Source: Patescibacteria group bacterium
GTDB lineage: Bacteria > Patescibacteriota > Minisyncoccia > Phycocordibacterales > UBA1550
Length of the DNA stretch: 64,000 nt
Assembly: GCA_038057125.1 (NCBI GenBank)
Contig: JBBUDU010000002.1
Coordinates: 85,240-149,239, forward strand
Reading direction: 5' to 3'
Position numbers and translations under genes: made by a program. This document shows positions 24,819-34,649 of this stretch, piece by piece (positions within the stretch are counted from its first letter, which is position 1; each line of letters begins with the position of its first letter). The notes beneath the pieces were generated by a model. The model was not told the DNA's origin. It searched no databases and was given only the letters and a program-made list of their open reading frames with translations.

Positions 24819-26309
24819 ATGATAGGCGCTTCAATAAAAACGAATATCTCGTACAAAATCCCTAAAGAAGTTTCACATGTAACCGAAACCTTGCGAAATG
24901 CAGGGTTTGAGGCGTATCTTGTGGGTGGATGCGTGCGCGACATCTTGCAGGAAATCAAGCCAAAAGACTGGGACGCAACAACAAACGCAACACCGGAACA
25001 AATCCAAGCCCTTTTTGAAAATTCTTTTTACGAAAACGATTACGGAACAGTTGGTATAGTAAATGAAACAGATGATGAAACACTTAAGGTTGTTGAAGTA
25101 ACTCCGTACCGAAGCGAAGGCGCATACACTGACAAGCGACGCCCGGATAGCGTTTCGTTTCACGGGAAACTAGACGAGGATCTAAAACGTCGCGATTTCA
25201 CAATTAACGCAATAGCGTATGATGAATCTAAAGGACATCTAACGGACATGTTTGGTGGTATAAAGGACATAAAGGACAAAGTCTTAAGGACAGTAGGGGA
25301 TCCAAGAGAACGCTTCAACGAAGATGCCCTCCGTGTCCTTCGCGCCGTGCGCCTTGCTACCGATCTTGGTTTCACGATTGAGATAGAGACTCAAAATGCA
25401 CTCACTGAAAAAGCTTCAGACCTGAAACATGTCTCTATGGAGCGTATTCGTGATGAATTCACCAAAATGGTAATGACAAAAAATCCAATGGTTGGCATTG
25501 TAATGTGCCAGAAACTTGGCATCCTTAAATATATTGCGCCGGATATCGAACGTGGGATTGGCATTGAGCAAAATGGCGACCATATTTACACCGTATGGGA
25601 ACACAACCTCCGCGCGCTCCAGCACTCGGCAGACCGTGGATGGCCGCTCCATGTACGACTCGGAGCGCTCTTTCATGATGTTTCAAAACCGGAAACACGA
25701 CGCTGGTCTCCCGAAAAAGACGACTGGACCTTTTATGGTCACGACGTAGTTGGCGGACGTGTTGCAAAAAAAGCTCTGGAAAATTTAAAATATCCTAAAA
25801 AAATCGTTGAGGTTGTGTCCGCGCTTGTGCGTTATCATTTGTTTTTCTCTGATATCGAAAAAATTACGCTTTCTGCGGTACGTCGTATTGTAAAAAACGT
25901 CGGACCTGACAATGTTTGGGACTTGATGAAAGTTCGAGCGTGCGACCGTATCGGCATGGGTCGTCCAAAAGAAGCGCCGTATCGTTTGCGTAAATATGAA
26001 TCAATGATTGATGAGGCGATGCGCGCGCCGGTGTCTGTGGGAATGCTCAAAATTGACGGGCAAAAAATAATGGAAGTTACCCATGAAACACCGGGGCCAA
26101 AACTCGGTTTTATCCTCCACGCGCTCCTCGAAGAAGTGCTTGATGACCCGGAGCGCAACACGGAAGTTTTTCTCGTGAAACGAACACTCGAACTCGCAAA
26201 ACTTCCGATTGATGAATTAAAAAAACTGGGGGAGGAAGGTAAGGAGAAAAAAGAAGAGGAAGAGGAAAAAGAGCTCGCTGTGATTCGCAAGCGTCATGGA
26301 GTAAAGTAA
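24819..26309 (+). CDS. cca: CCA-adding enzyme / poly(A) polymerase family nucleotidyltransferase with HD domain
   Basis: LVGGCVRD, RRDFTINA, HD motif FHDVSKP. Lys/Glu-rich C-terminal tail. Confidence 0.88.
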   Translation: MIGASIKTNISYKIPKEVSHVTETLRNAGFEAYLVGGCVRDILQEIKPKDWDATTNATPEQIQALFENSFYENDYGTVGIVNETDDETLKVVEVTPYRSEGAYTDKRRPDSVSFHGKLDEDLKRRDFTINAIAYDESKGHLTDMFGGIKDIKDKVLRTVGDPRERFNEDALRVLRAVRLATDLGFTIEIETQNALTEKASDLKHVSMERIRDEFTKMVMTKNPMVGIVMCQKLGILKYIAPDIERGIGIEQNGDHIYTVWEHNLRALQHSADRGWPLHVRLGALFHDVSKPETRRWSPEKDDWTFYGHDVVGGRVAKKALENLKYPKKIVEVVSALVRYHLFFSDIEKITLSAVRRIVKNVGPDNVWDLMKVRACDRIGMGRPKEAPYRLRKYESMIDEAMRAPVSVGMLKIDGQKIMEVTHETPGPKLGFILHALLEEVLDDPERNTEVFLVKRTLELAKLPIDELKKLGEEGKEKKEEEEEKELAVIRKRHGVK

Positions 26310-26368
26310 AATAAAAATAAAGGACCGACCTTAAGAATTAAAAAAGGTCGGTCCTTTATTTTTATTTT
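26308..26368. terminator. bidirectional terminator between convergent cca and xth
   Basis: 23-bp perfect arms AAAATAAAAATAAAGGACCGACC / GGTCGGTCCTTTATTTTTATTTT. Confidence 0.75.
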
Positions 26369-27129
26369 AACTCTAGCACAATAGGGCAGTGGTCGGAGCC
26401 GAGAAAATCGCTCATGATGGTGACTTTTTTTACGCGAGGAAGGAGATCAGAGCTAATAAAAAAATAATCAATACGCCAGCCGACATTGCGATCGCGAGCA
26501 GAAGACTTTATATCCCAATATGTGTACGCATCGCGAACGTGTGGATGCAAGTGGCGATAAATGTCCATGTAGCCGTGATAGATAAGCTCATCGATCCACG
26601 CACGTTCTTCAGGCAAGAAACCGGTGCTTTTTTCATTTTCTTTTGGGCGGGCGAGGTCGACTGCTTCGTGTGCAGTATTCACATCGCCACATATGATAAT
26701 CTTTTTGCCACGCTTTCGAAGTTTTTCTATAAACTTCAAAAAATGGTCATAAAATTCAAGTTTGTACTTTAAGCGCTCTGGCCCGCCGCCCCCGTTTGGG
26801 AAATAGCAATTCAAAAGGACAAAGTCGGGATAATAAAGGACAATGAGTCGACCCTCTTGGTCCATGTCCTTTACACCCATTCCTTCCTCAACCTTTTCGG
26901 GTTTTGTTTTTGTGTACACCGCTACCCCGCTATATCCTTTGCGCTTTTTTGAATGTGAAAAATATGCGTGGTAGCCTCTTGGCGTGCGCACTTCTTCCGT
27001 AAGTTGTTCTGCCTCTACTTTTGTTTCCTGAAAACACAGGATGTCAAAATCTTTTTTAATGATGTCAGCAAAATTGCCCTTCTTGTGAATCGCGCGCAGT
27101 CCATTCACATTCCAAGAAATAAGTTTCAT
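26362..27129 (-). CDS. xth: exodeoxyribonuclease III
   Basis: MKLISWNVNGLRA ... SDHCPIVLEL. Confidence 0.92.
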   Translation of the reverse strand: MKLISWNVNGLRAIHKKGNFADIIKKDFDILCFQETKVEAEQLTEEVRTPRGYHAYFSHSKKRKGYSGVAVYTKTKPEKVEEGMGVKDMDQEGRLIVLYYPDFVLLNCYFPNGGGGPERLKYKLEFYDHFLKFIEKLRKRGKKIIICGDVNTAHEAVDLARPKENEKSTGFLPEERAWIDELIYHGYMDIYRHLHPHVRDAYTYWDIKSSARDRNVGWRIDYFFISSDLLPRVKKVTIMSDFLGSDHCPIVLELK

Positions 27130-27216
27130 GGCAATAGTATAGCCGATGGTTGTGCATTTTACGAATGCGGTCTACACTTACATCAGAGTCGTCACCACTT
27201 GATAAGGAGGTGCTCC

Positions 27217-27441
27217 ATGAGTACTTTTGACTCCCAAAAAGAAGACGTGCAGTACCTGATACTGCGGCAACGTTTTGAAAGTTTACAAACAATGGTAGTT
27301 AGTCGACGAAACACAATCCTTGCTTTGAAGACAGACATTAAAATAACAACCCAGAGGTTGAACCAAGAAGAGGCGAGTCTTACAAAAAACGAAATGGAGC
27401 TAAAACGTTTGCGCGCCCTGCTTCATCCTGACGAACAATAG
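27217..27441 (+). CDS. 74-aa coiled-coil hypothetical protein
   Basis: The ATG at 27217 is preceded by AAGGAGGTG. The longer track ORF (26968) overlaps xth antisense and is unlikely. Confidence 0.45.
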   Translation: MSTFDSQKEDVQYLILRQRFESLQTMVVSRRNTILALKTDIKITTQRLNQEEASLTKNEMELKRLRALLHPDEQ

Positions 27442-27492
27442 TTTCCAAACGAACCAAACACGCCATAATCTAATTATTTGGCGTGTTTTCTT

Positions 27493-27561
27493 TTATTGAC
27501 GACGTAGTGCGAGAAAGACATGAAAGTAAACTTTCATGTCTTCGAGCCGAGGAGTTAATAA
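27493..27561. repeat. conserved hairpin motif, copy 1
   Basis: TTATTGAC-GACGTAGTGCGAG-[13-bp hairpin]-CGAGCCGAGGA-GTTAATAA. It aligns with 30903-30965, with fully compensated stems. Confidence 0.55.
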
Positions 27562-27569
27562 AGTACTCT

Positions 27570-28505
27570 TTACCTCCCTTTACCATGAAACTTTTTATGC
27601 ACATTACGAAGCTCACTATCGGTGATGTGGGTATAAATTTGCGTTGTGGAAATGCTTGAATGACCGAGCATCATTTGCACCGAGCGAATATCCGCGCCAT
27701 TGAAAAGCAAGTCAGTTGCAAAACTGTGACGCAAAATGTGAGGTGTAACCTTATCCATAATGCCGGCTTTTGCGGCGTAGAATTTTACCATACGTTCTAC
27801 CGAGCGAGGACTGAGACGAAGTGAACCGTCATCGCGACCACGCTTCATTTCACTCACAAAGAGCGCATCATCCATGTCGGTTCTCTTTTTTAAGTATGCG
27901 TTAATTGCTTTCTTTGCTACGTCTGCAATAAACACAACGCGTACTTTTTCACCCTTACCGCGCACAGATATTTCGTCGCGGCTTAGGTCAATGTCACGTC
28001 CGAGCGCGCACAATTCTGAAAGACGAAGCCCTGTGGAAAAGAAAAGTTCGAGGATTGCTTTATCGCGAAGCTCTTTTATATCGTCGCCATTGGGCGCATC
28101 GAGAAGTCGTCTCAAATCCTCTCCAGTCAGAAGGTCAATCGTACGCTCGGCAACTTTTGCGAGTTCAATTTTTTCCGGAGCATAAGACTCAATTCCACGC
28201 TTGCGCAAATACTTCAAAAAACTTCGAATGGCGATGAGATAATAATTTTGTGTTTTCTTTTTGAGTGTTTCATGGCGACCTTCACGAACGCCTGCGTCTT
28301 GGCGGTTAAGCCACAATCTAAAAGAGCGTATGACATCGTCTGTAATATCACTTGGCTTTTTTGCGCCGCTTGCCATAAAAAAGCGAACGAGGTATCGTTC
28401 ATAGTTCTCAATGGTTTTTAAACTCCGCCCGCGCTCGATTTCCAAATATTCTAAATATTGTCGTGCGAGTGTGCCAAGGGGAGAGGATGGAATATTGTGC
28501 GACAT
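27570..28505 (-). CDS. tyrosine recombinase, XerC/XerD-like
   Basis: HILRHSFATDLL, LGHSSISTTQIYTH. The ATG at 28505 is preferred over the GTG at 28523. Confidence 0.85.
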   Translation of the reverse strand: MSHNIPSSPLGTLARQYLEYLEIERGRSLKTIENYERYLVRFFMASGAKKPSDITDDVIRSFRLWLNRQDAGVREGRHETLKKKTQNYYLIAIRSFLKYLRKRGIESYAPEKIELAKVAERTIDLLTGEDLRRLLDAPNGDDIKELRDKAILELFFSTGLRLSELCALGRDIDLSRDEISVRGKGEKVRVVFIADVAKKAINAYLKKRTDMDDALFVSEMKRGRDDGSLRLSPRSVERMVKFYAAKAGIMDKVTPHILRHSFATDLLFNGADIRSVQMMLGHSSISTTQIYTHITDSELRNVHKKFHGKGR

Positions 28506-28568
28506 GTAAATACAGTATACCACCGTAGACTACTAGCAAAAACGTTTCATCTACGCTAGAATCTTCTT

Positions 28569-28865
28569 ATGGCTAAATTAGACAACTATATCTTGGTCAC
28601 TGGATCGCGCAATTTAAATGATGACGCTAGTGGCTCTGACGAAAAGGCAATCGAGGACGATTCCGCATCGCTTCTTGTTCTAGAGGGGCAAGGAATATCA
28701 ATCCTTGAAGACGGGAATAGTCCGCGTGAGGACCGTAGTCCAAAAGAGCACGACAATGTTGGTTCGTCAGCAAACTTGGAGCCTCGCGACCAGATATCGC
28801 GCGAGCTTATGGATCAGGGCGGTATAGAAATTATCTCAAGTGATGAAGAAGAGTCATTTTTGTAG
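28569..28865 (+). CDS. acidic hypothetical protein
   Basis: 98-aa ORF filling the intergenic space; no recognisable motif. Confidence 0.4.
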   Translation: MAKLDNYILVTGSRNLNDDASGSDEKAIEDDSASLLVLEGQGISILEDGNSPREDRSPKEHDNVGSSANLEPRDQISRELMDQGGIEIISSDEEESFL

Positions 28866-28904
28866 ACGGTATAATACCACGCGAATCCGGCGCGTTATAT
28901 TTTC

Positions 28905-30317
28905 ATGATTGCAACATTTGTACTTATCTATATGTTGATGATGGTACCAATCGGTATCTACGCGTCACGCAGGGTAAAGTCCTCCGCGGACTACGCTGTT
29001 TCCGGTCGCAACTTGCCTTTTTCTTTAGCGATGGCAACCGTGTTTGCGACATGGTTTGGATCAGAAACATTTTTAGGAGCAGGATCGCGCATGGCGGAAG
29101 GTGGATTTTTATCCGTCATTCAAGATCCATTCGGGGCTAGCGTCTGTCTCATACTCGTCGGTTTCTTTTTTGCAAAAAAACTTTACGCGCGCCAAAACCT
29201 TACAATCGGAGATTATTTTCACGAACGATACAACAAAATAGTTGCAACACTACTATCAGTTGCAATCATTCTTACTTATTTTGGTTGGGTTGCCGCACAA
29301 TTTGTAGCATTTGGCGTCATCCTAAACATGCTTCTTGGTATCCCCACAATAACCGGAATAATTTTTGGGGCAATTGTCGTTGTTATATACACATATGTCG
29401 GCGGTATGTGGTCTGTGTCCATCACCGACGCCGTGCAAATGAGCGTCATTGTAGTCGGCCTCATTGTTATTTTGGTCGAAGTCCTCTGGCAAAATGGTGG
29501 TATTGGGACGATCATCGAAAATACGCCATCTGACTTTTTCAGACTTACGCCGGCAGATGCAACCACAAAAGACTGGCTCGCATGGGTAGCCGCGTGGGTT
29601 ACTATAGGACTAGGCTCTATCCCACAGCAGGATGTATACCAACGCGTGATGTCTGCAAAGTCTGCAACAATCGCAAAGTGGGCATCCATATCGGCAGGAT
29701 TTATGTATTTTACAATTGCACTCATTCCTCTTACTCTAGGACTCATCGCGCGCGCAAAATACCCGGAGCTTGTTATTAGCGACCCACAACAACTTCTTCC
29801 AACGCTTATTCTCGGCAACGCAAGCGCTATCACTCAAATCTTTTTCTTTGGCGCGCTTCTGTCGGCTATAATGAGTACCGCGTCCGGTGCGATCCTTGCG
29901 CCCGCAACACTCCTAGGAGAAAATATTATAAAGCCATTCTTTGCCAAAATTACGGACAAAACTCGGCTAGCAATCATGCGCTTTGCGGTTATTATTATTG
30001 CTTTGTGCGCGCTATTGCTCGCTTTAGCACAAGGAAGTATCTACGAGCTCATAATCGGAGCATACTCAATCACGCTTGTTTCAGCGTTCGTGCCACTCGT
30101 AATGGGGCTCTACACCACCAAGGCAAACAGTCTTGGCGCACTTCTTGCTATCATTTTTGGGGCCATTGGTTGGCAGTTTACAGAACTCTACGTCATTGAC
30201 CCAACTATCCCGCCAATTCTTGTTGGTCTTGGTTTAAGTTTTCTTGGAATGATTATCGGGATATTTACATGGGACAAAATCTATAAAATACGAGAAATCT
30301 TCACAAAAACGGCTTAA
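28905..30317 (+). CDS. sodium:solute symporter (SSF) family transporter
   Basis: 470 aa with ~13 TM helices; GRNLPFSLAMATVFATWFGSETFLGAGS. Confidence 0.85.
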   Translation: MIATFVLIYMLMMVPIGIYASRRVKSSADYAVSGRNLPFSLAMATVFATWFGSETFLGAGSRMAEGGFLSVIQDPFGASVCLILVGFFFAKKLYARQNLTIGDYFHERYNKIVATLLSVAIILTYFGWVAAQFVAFGVILNMLLGIPTITGIIFGAIVVVIYTYVGGMWSVSITDAVQMSVIVVGLIVILVEVLWQNGGIGTIIENTPSDFFRLTPADATTKDWLAWVAAWVTIGLGSIPQQDVYQRVMSAKSATIAKWASISAGFMYFTIALIPLTLGLIARAKYPELVISDPQQLLPTLILGNASAITQIFFFGALLSAIMSTASGAILAPATLLGENIIKPFFAKITDKTRLAIMRFAVIIIALCALLLALAQGSIYELIIGAYSITLVSAFVPLVMGLYTTKANSLGALLAIIFGAIGWQFTELYVIDPTIPPILVGLGLSFLGMIIGIFTWDKIYKIREIFTKTA

Positions 30318-30521
30318 AATCGAGGCAAAGGGGGTATGGTGGCATGACTTGCCCCAACACCTATCCTCATATCGCTTTTGTTCTGCCTCCTTAAAAACAA
30401 ATAGGCTTTGTGGAACCAGCAGTGTAGATACTCCCCTTAGATACTATTCCCAAAAGCAGAACAATGCGAGGAAAGGTGTACGGGCTTGCATTTTATGGCT
30501 GGATATGCTAAAGTACTAACA

Positions 30522-30785
30522 ATGATTACGACAAAGCAGAAACAGACTATTATCAAGAAAGCGCAGATTCATGCGACTGATACTGGCTCGCCTGAGGCTC
30601 AGGTTGCCCTTCTTTCGAAGAGTATTGACGAACTCGCTACCCACCTGAAGAAAAACCACAAGGATAATCACTCCAGACGCGGGCTTCTCCAGATGGTCGC
30701 AGATCGTCGCACGCACCTAAACTATCTCAAGCGCAAAAACAAAAGCCGCTACGAGTCGTTGGTCAAAAAAATCGGGCTAAAATAA
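30522..30785 (+). CDS. rpsO: 30S ribosomal protein S15
   Basis: TGSPEAQVALLS...HLKKNHKDNHSRRGLLQMV; start at the ATG at 30522. Confidence 0.92.
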   Translation: MITTKQKQTIIKKAQIHATDTGSPEAQVALLSKSIDELATHLKKNHKDNHSRRGLLQMVADRRTHLNYLKRKNKSRYESLVKKIGLK

Positions 30786-30786
30786 A

Positions 30787-30823
30787 AATAAGAAACTCCG
30801 CTCTGCGGAGTTTCTTATTTTTG
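30787..30823 (+). terminator. rho-independent terminator after rpsO
   Basis: AATAAGAAACTCCGC-TCT-GCGGAGTTTCTTATT followed by TTTG. Confidence 0.8.
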
Positions 30824-30902
30824 AAACTTCATGAGATACTATGAGTAGTTTCTTGTAATCATTTTTAATAACTTTCGCGCGCTTCGTGCGCGCACATTTT
30901 CA

Positions 30903-30965
30903 TTAGCGACGTAGAGCGAGCAGGATGCAAAAGTAATCTTTTGCATCCTCGAGCCGAGAAGCTAA
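30903..30965. repeat. conserved hairpin motif, copy 2
   Basis: TTAGC-GACGTAGAGCGAG-[12-bp hairpin]-CGAGCCGAGAA-GCTAA. It ends 18 nt before the NYN gene ATG and is preceded by the GC hairpin GCGCGC-TTCGT-GCGCGC. Confidence 0.55.
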
Positions 30966-30982
30966 TATAGTAACCTATATAT

Positions 30983-31573
30983 ATGGCAATCATTAAACAA
31001 AAAGAACAACGCGTTGCAATGTTCATTGACGCACAAAACCTTTACCACAGCGCTCGCAATCTCTATGGGGCAAAAGTAAATTTCGGCGCTGTCCTCAAAG
31101 AAGCGGTGGCAGGCAGGCACCTCGTGCGAGCTATCGCGTACGTAATCACCACCGAGGGTGAAGAAGAAAAAAGTTTCTTTGAAGCCCTCAACAATCTCGG
31201 TATTGAAACAAAAACAAAAGACCTCCAAATATTTTTTGGCGGAGCAAAGAAAGCCGACTGGGATGTCGGTCTCGCGGTTGACGCAATCCGCCTTGGGTCA
31301 AAGGTTGACGCCGTAGTGCTCGCGTCCGGCGATGGCGACTTTGTCCCTCTCGTTGAATACTTAAAGTTCATGGGAACGCAGGTCGAAGTTATCACCTTTG
31401 GACGCTCTGCCTCGGGGAAACTTCGTGAAGTGGCCGATGATTTTGTAGACATGTGCGATGATCAGCGCAAATACCTTCTCGGTTCTCGAGGTGGAAATAT
31501 TGGTGGTGGAAATCCTCGCCGTAGCGCACACAGGCAGCCGCTAGTCCGTCGCAAGGAAAACCCGAAAGAGTAA
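30983..31573 (+). CDS. NYN-domain (LabA-like) protein
   Basis: MFIDAQNLYHSA ... VLASGDGDFVPLVEYLK. Confidence 0.8.
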   Translation: MAIIKQKEQRVAMFIDAQNLYHSARNLYGAKVNFGAVLKEAVAGRHLVRAIAYVITTEGEEEKSFFEALNNLGIETKTKDLQIFFGGAKKADWDVGLAVDAIRLGSKVDAVVLASGDGDFVPLVEYLKFMGTQVEVITFGRSASGKLREVADDFVDMCDDQRKYLLGSRGGNIGGGNPRRSAHRQPLVRRKENPKE

Positions 31574-31616
31574 TTTGATTGCGGGAATCGTTAATTGTGG
31601 GTGATATAAATTAATA

Positions 31617-32621
31617 ATGGAACCAAAAGTACCTAATAAAAAACTTGAACCGAGCGTCTACAGCGGAAACCCTGGCACCACAGAGGCAAAGAACGGGGAT
31701 TTTTCTCCGCGCTTTATTCGCACAATGAAGATAGACGTGGCGGAAGCAATAAAAAAACAGAACGAAACATCTGTCTCGATCGCAATTGCCCAAGAAAAAC
31801 AGGTAGCGAAATCACGCGCGGACGATCTCGCATCACGACGCATGCAAGGCGAAGACGCTACTCCGGCGCCAAAAAAAATTGGGCGTGTGGTCATTGTGCT
31901 AGCCATCCTGCTTATCGTCTTCTTGTCTGTATTGGCGTATATGTTTATTTTGCCAAAAATTAGCGCAATACGAATACCGGGCATCCAACTCCCATCCTTT
32001 GAAAAATCTACGAGTACAAATGTTCTGCCAATAACAAAGGCAACGGAAACGCTTGCGCCATCAATTATTCCCGCGCAGTCCGAGAAACGTTTCAATATAG
32101 GGGAGGGTACACTAGCGCAAATAGTTGCTATAAACATAGAAAAACGCGCAAAGGGAATTTCAGCGGGGTCCATTAAAAATTTATACTTCACTGATAATAA
32201 AGACGGCGTTGCTGTTCCGCTGACCACGAATCGCCTGTTTGCATTTGTGGGCATTCAAATCCCCGACATCCTCGCGCGTTCACTTGAAAAACAGTTTATG
32301 ACAGGGTTCTTTGGAGAGAGAAACGGTGTGGCAACACCATTTCTCATACTAAAAGTTTCCGACAAGAACACAGGGATTGCCGGAATGCTTGAATGGGAGT
32401 CAAGTATCTCAGGATTTTTTGATACTATCTTTGGAACAAATATTGGAAGTGGCGCAAATATAAAGTTTCGTGACGTTGTTGTGTTCGGCAAAGATGCGCG
32501 TTTATTCGACACTTCTTCCGGCACGAAAATTATGTACTCATTTGCGAACCAAAACACAATCGTGATTGCGGGAAGCCAGAGCGCGCTCGAGGCATTGATT
32601 CCTCTTGCCACAAAAAACTAG
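31617..32621 (+). CDS. membrane-anchored hypothetical protein
   Basis: 334 aa with a single TM (VVIVLAILLIVFLSVLAYMFIL). Confidence 0.6.
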   Translation: MEPKVPNKKLEPSVYSGNPGTTEAKNGDFSPRFIRTMKIDVAEAIKKQNETSVSIAIAQEKQVAKSRADDLASRRMQGEDATPAPKKIGRVVIVLAILLIVFLSVLAYMFILPKISAIRIPGIQLPSFEKSTSTNVLPITKATETLAPSIIPAQSEKRFNIGEGTLAQIVAINIEKRAKGISAGSIKNLYFTDNKDGVAVPLTTNRLFAFVGIQIPDILARSLEKQFMTGFFGERNGVATPFLILKVSDKNTGIAGMLEWESSISGFFDTIFGTNIGSGANIKFRDVVVFGKDARLFDTSSGTKIMYSFANQNTIVIAGSQSALEALIPLATKN

Positions 32622-32631
32622 ACAGGTTACA

Positions 32632-33000
32632 ATGCTCGATATGACAAACATTTCTGAACTAAAAAATATGCTTCTCGAGGAAAAAGCCCGTCTTACAGGC
32701 GAGCTTTCCGGAGTAGGGCACAAGAATCCCGACATCCCAGGAGATTGGGAGCCGTCTGCTCCAAACTTGAACAATCCTGCCGCTGATCCAAACGATGTTG
32801 CCGACAGCATTGAAGCGTTTGAGGGAAACGCCGCGATAGAAGTAGAGCTTGAGGCTCGCCTTCTTGAAGTAGACACAGCGCTTGCACGCATTGAAGCTGG
32901 AACATACGGCACTTGCCACATTTGTGGTGCCGCCATCGAGGATGCGCGTCTTCACGCAAACCCTGCCGCCCCAACATGCATCGCACATCGCGAAGGGTAG
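32632..33000 (+). CDS. DksA/TraR-type zinc-finger protein
   Basis: Coiled-coil N-part plus CHICGAAI...TCIAH (CxxC-N17-CxxH). The ATG at 32632 is preferred. Confidence 0.7.
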   Translation: MLDMTNISELKNMLLEEKARLTGELSGVGHKNPDIPGDWEPSAPNLNNPAADPNDVADSIEAFEGNAAIEVELEARLLEVDTALARIEAGTYGTCHICGAAIEDARLHANPAAPTCIAHREG

Positions 33001-33023
33001 GTTAGCTCCACGCGAGGACGACC

Positions 33024-34565
33024 ATGCAATTTTCAAAACTATTTTCCGCTCAAGTAGTCGGGCTCGTTGCTCATATTGTTGACGTAGAGGTGGATCTCTC
33101 CAAAGGGCTCCACGCTTTTTCTTTGGTGGGATTACCGAGCGCATCGGTCGACGAATCACTCGACCGTGTCAGCTCTGCGATAAAAAACTCCGGTTTCACT
33201 TCACCGAAACAGAAAAATCAAAAAGTTGTTATATCGCTCGCTCCAGCGGAACTCAAAAAAGAAGGTTCGCATTATGACCTTTGTATTTCACTCGCATACT
33301 TGTTCGCATCAGGAGAAACAACATTTGAACCGAACGGGAAACTGTTTCTTGGAGAGCTTTCTTTGGATGGAGCCCTGCGCCCGATTCACGGTGCGCTACT
33401 CATAACAAGTGCCGCAAAAAACGCCGGTTTCACAGAAGTGTTTTTACCAAATGCAAACGCAGAGGAGGCTGCGCTCGTGGAGGGAATTACCATTTACGGT
33501 GTGCGCAATCTTTCTGAAGTACTGCACCATCTCGATAAAAATAAAAAGTTTACACTTACGAAAAGCGTGCGTGATATTTCCCGACTTGGTATGGAACCAG
33601 CTGGTTCGAAAATGATGGTTGACCTTTCCCACATCAAAGGACAAGAGTTTGCAAAACGCGCACTCGAAATTGCCGCCGCAGGAAATCACAATCTCGCAAT
33701 GTGGGGACCTCCGGGTACCGGAAAAACAATGCTTGCGCAGGCGTTTTCACATCTTCTCCCTGATTTACAAAACGACCATTCGCTTGAGGTTACCGGAATT
33801 CATTCCGTAGCGGGGACTTTGCGCGAAACTATTATGACACGCCCGCCTCTTCGCGCGCCACACCACACAGCATCATATCCTGCAGTCATCGGCGGAGGAA
33901 CAATACCAAAACCCGGAGAGATTACGCTTGCACACAGAGGCGTACTGTTCCTTGATGAGTTCCCAGAGTTCGACCGTCGTGTTATCGAGTCTTTGCGTGA
34001 ACCGCTCGAGGAAGGACACATACGCATTACCCGCGCAAAGGGGCACGACACTTTTCCAGCGCGTTTTATTTTACTTGCCGCAATGAATCCATGTCCGTGC
34101 GGAAAATACGGAAGCGAAGAAAGGTGTGTTTGTATGCCCGGCACTCTTGCATCGTATACACGAAAAATTTCGGGCCCCATTGTCGACCGCATCGAGCTTT
34201 GGGTCAAAGTTGCGCATATGAGTCATGACAAACTTTCTGAAGCAAAGAAAGGCGAGTCAACGGAAGTTGTGCGTAAACGCATTGAAAACGCGCGTAATGT
34301 ACAAAAGGCGCGCTTCTCAAACCACGCGCGCAAAATTACCACCAACAGCGAAATGCGCGCAGATGATATTGAAACTTTCATAAACCTCGCACCAAAACTT
34401 CGCACGCTTTTCAACACATCCGCTGAACGCTTGAAACTTTCCCCGCGTGCGCATCACAAGACGATAAAAGTCGCGCGCACCATCGCCGACCTTGCTTCAT
34501 CAGACGACATTTGCGAGGAGCATTTACTTGAAGCGCTTGCGTATCGCCCGACGGAGTTGAAGTAA
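33024..34565 (+). CDS. comM: Mg-chelatase-like ATPase YifB/ComM
   Basis: Lon-like N-domain, Walker A GPPGTGKT, VLFLDEFPEF, zinc motif CPCGKYG..C.C. Confidence 0.9.
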   Translation: MQFSKLFSAQVVGLVAHIVDVEVDLSKGLHAFSLVGLPSASVDESLDRVSSAIKNSGFTSPKQKNQKVVISLAPAELKKEGSHYDLCISLAYLFASGETTFEPNGKLFLGELSLDGALRPIHGALLITSAAKNAGFTEVFLPNANAEEAALVEGITIYGVRNLSEVLHHLDKNKKFTLTKSVRDISRLGMEPAGSKMMVDLSHIKGQEFAKRALEIAAAGNHNLAMWGPPGTGKTMLAQAFSHLLPDLQNDHSLEVTGIHSVAGTLRETIMTRPPLRAPHHTASYPAVIGGGTIPKPGEITLAHRGVLFLDEFPEFDRRVIESLREPLEEGHIRITRAKGHDTFPARFILLAAMNPCPCGKYGSEERCVCMPGTLASYTRKISGPIVDRIELWVKVAHMSHDKLSEAKKGESTEVVRKRIENARNVQKARFSNHARKITTNSEMRADDIETFINLAPKLRTLFNTSAERLKLSPRAHHKTIKVARTIADLASSDDICEEHLLEALAYRPTELK

Positions 34566-34627
34566 GGAACAAAAAAATCCTAACAATTATTTGCTATAGC
34601 AAATAATTGTTAGGATTTTTTTGTTCC
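34566..34627. terminator. 62-bp perfect palindrome centred on GCTATAGC between convergent genes
   Basis: GGAACAAAAAAATCCTAACAATTATTTGCTA | TAGCAAATAATTGTTAGGATTTTTTTGTTCC. Confidence 0.75.
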
Positions 34628-34649
34628 TGCTACTCAATATTCCAGTATC

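Noticed and set aside
26968-27216. 5' extension of the 157-aa ORF overlapping xth
   Set aside because: It overlaps xth antisense for 160 nt. An internal ATG at 27217 with a strong AAGGAGGTG ribosome-binding site gives a more plausible 74-aa product.
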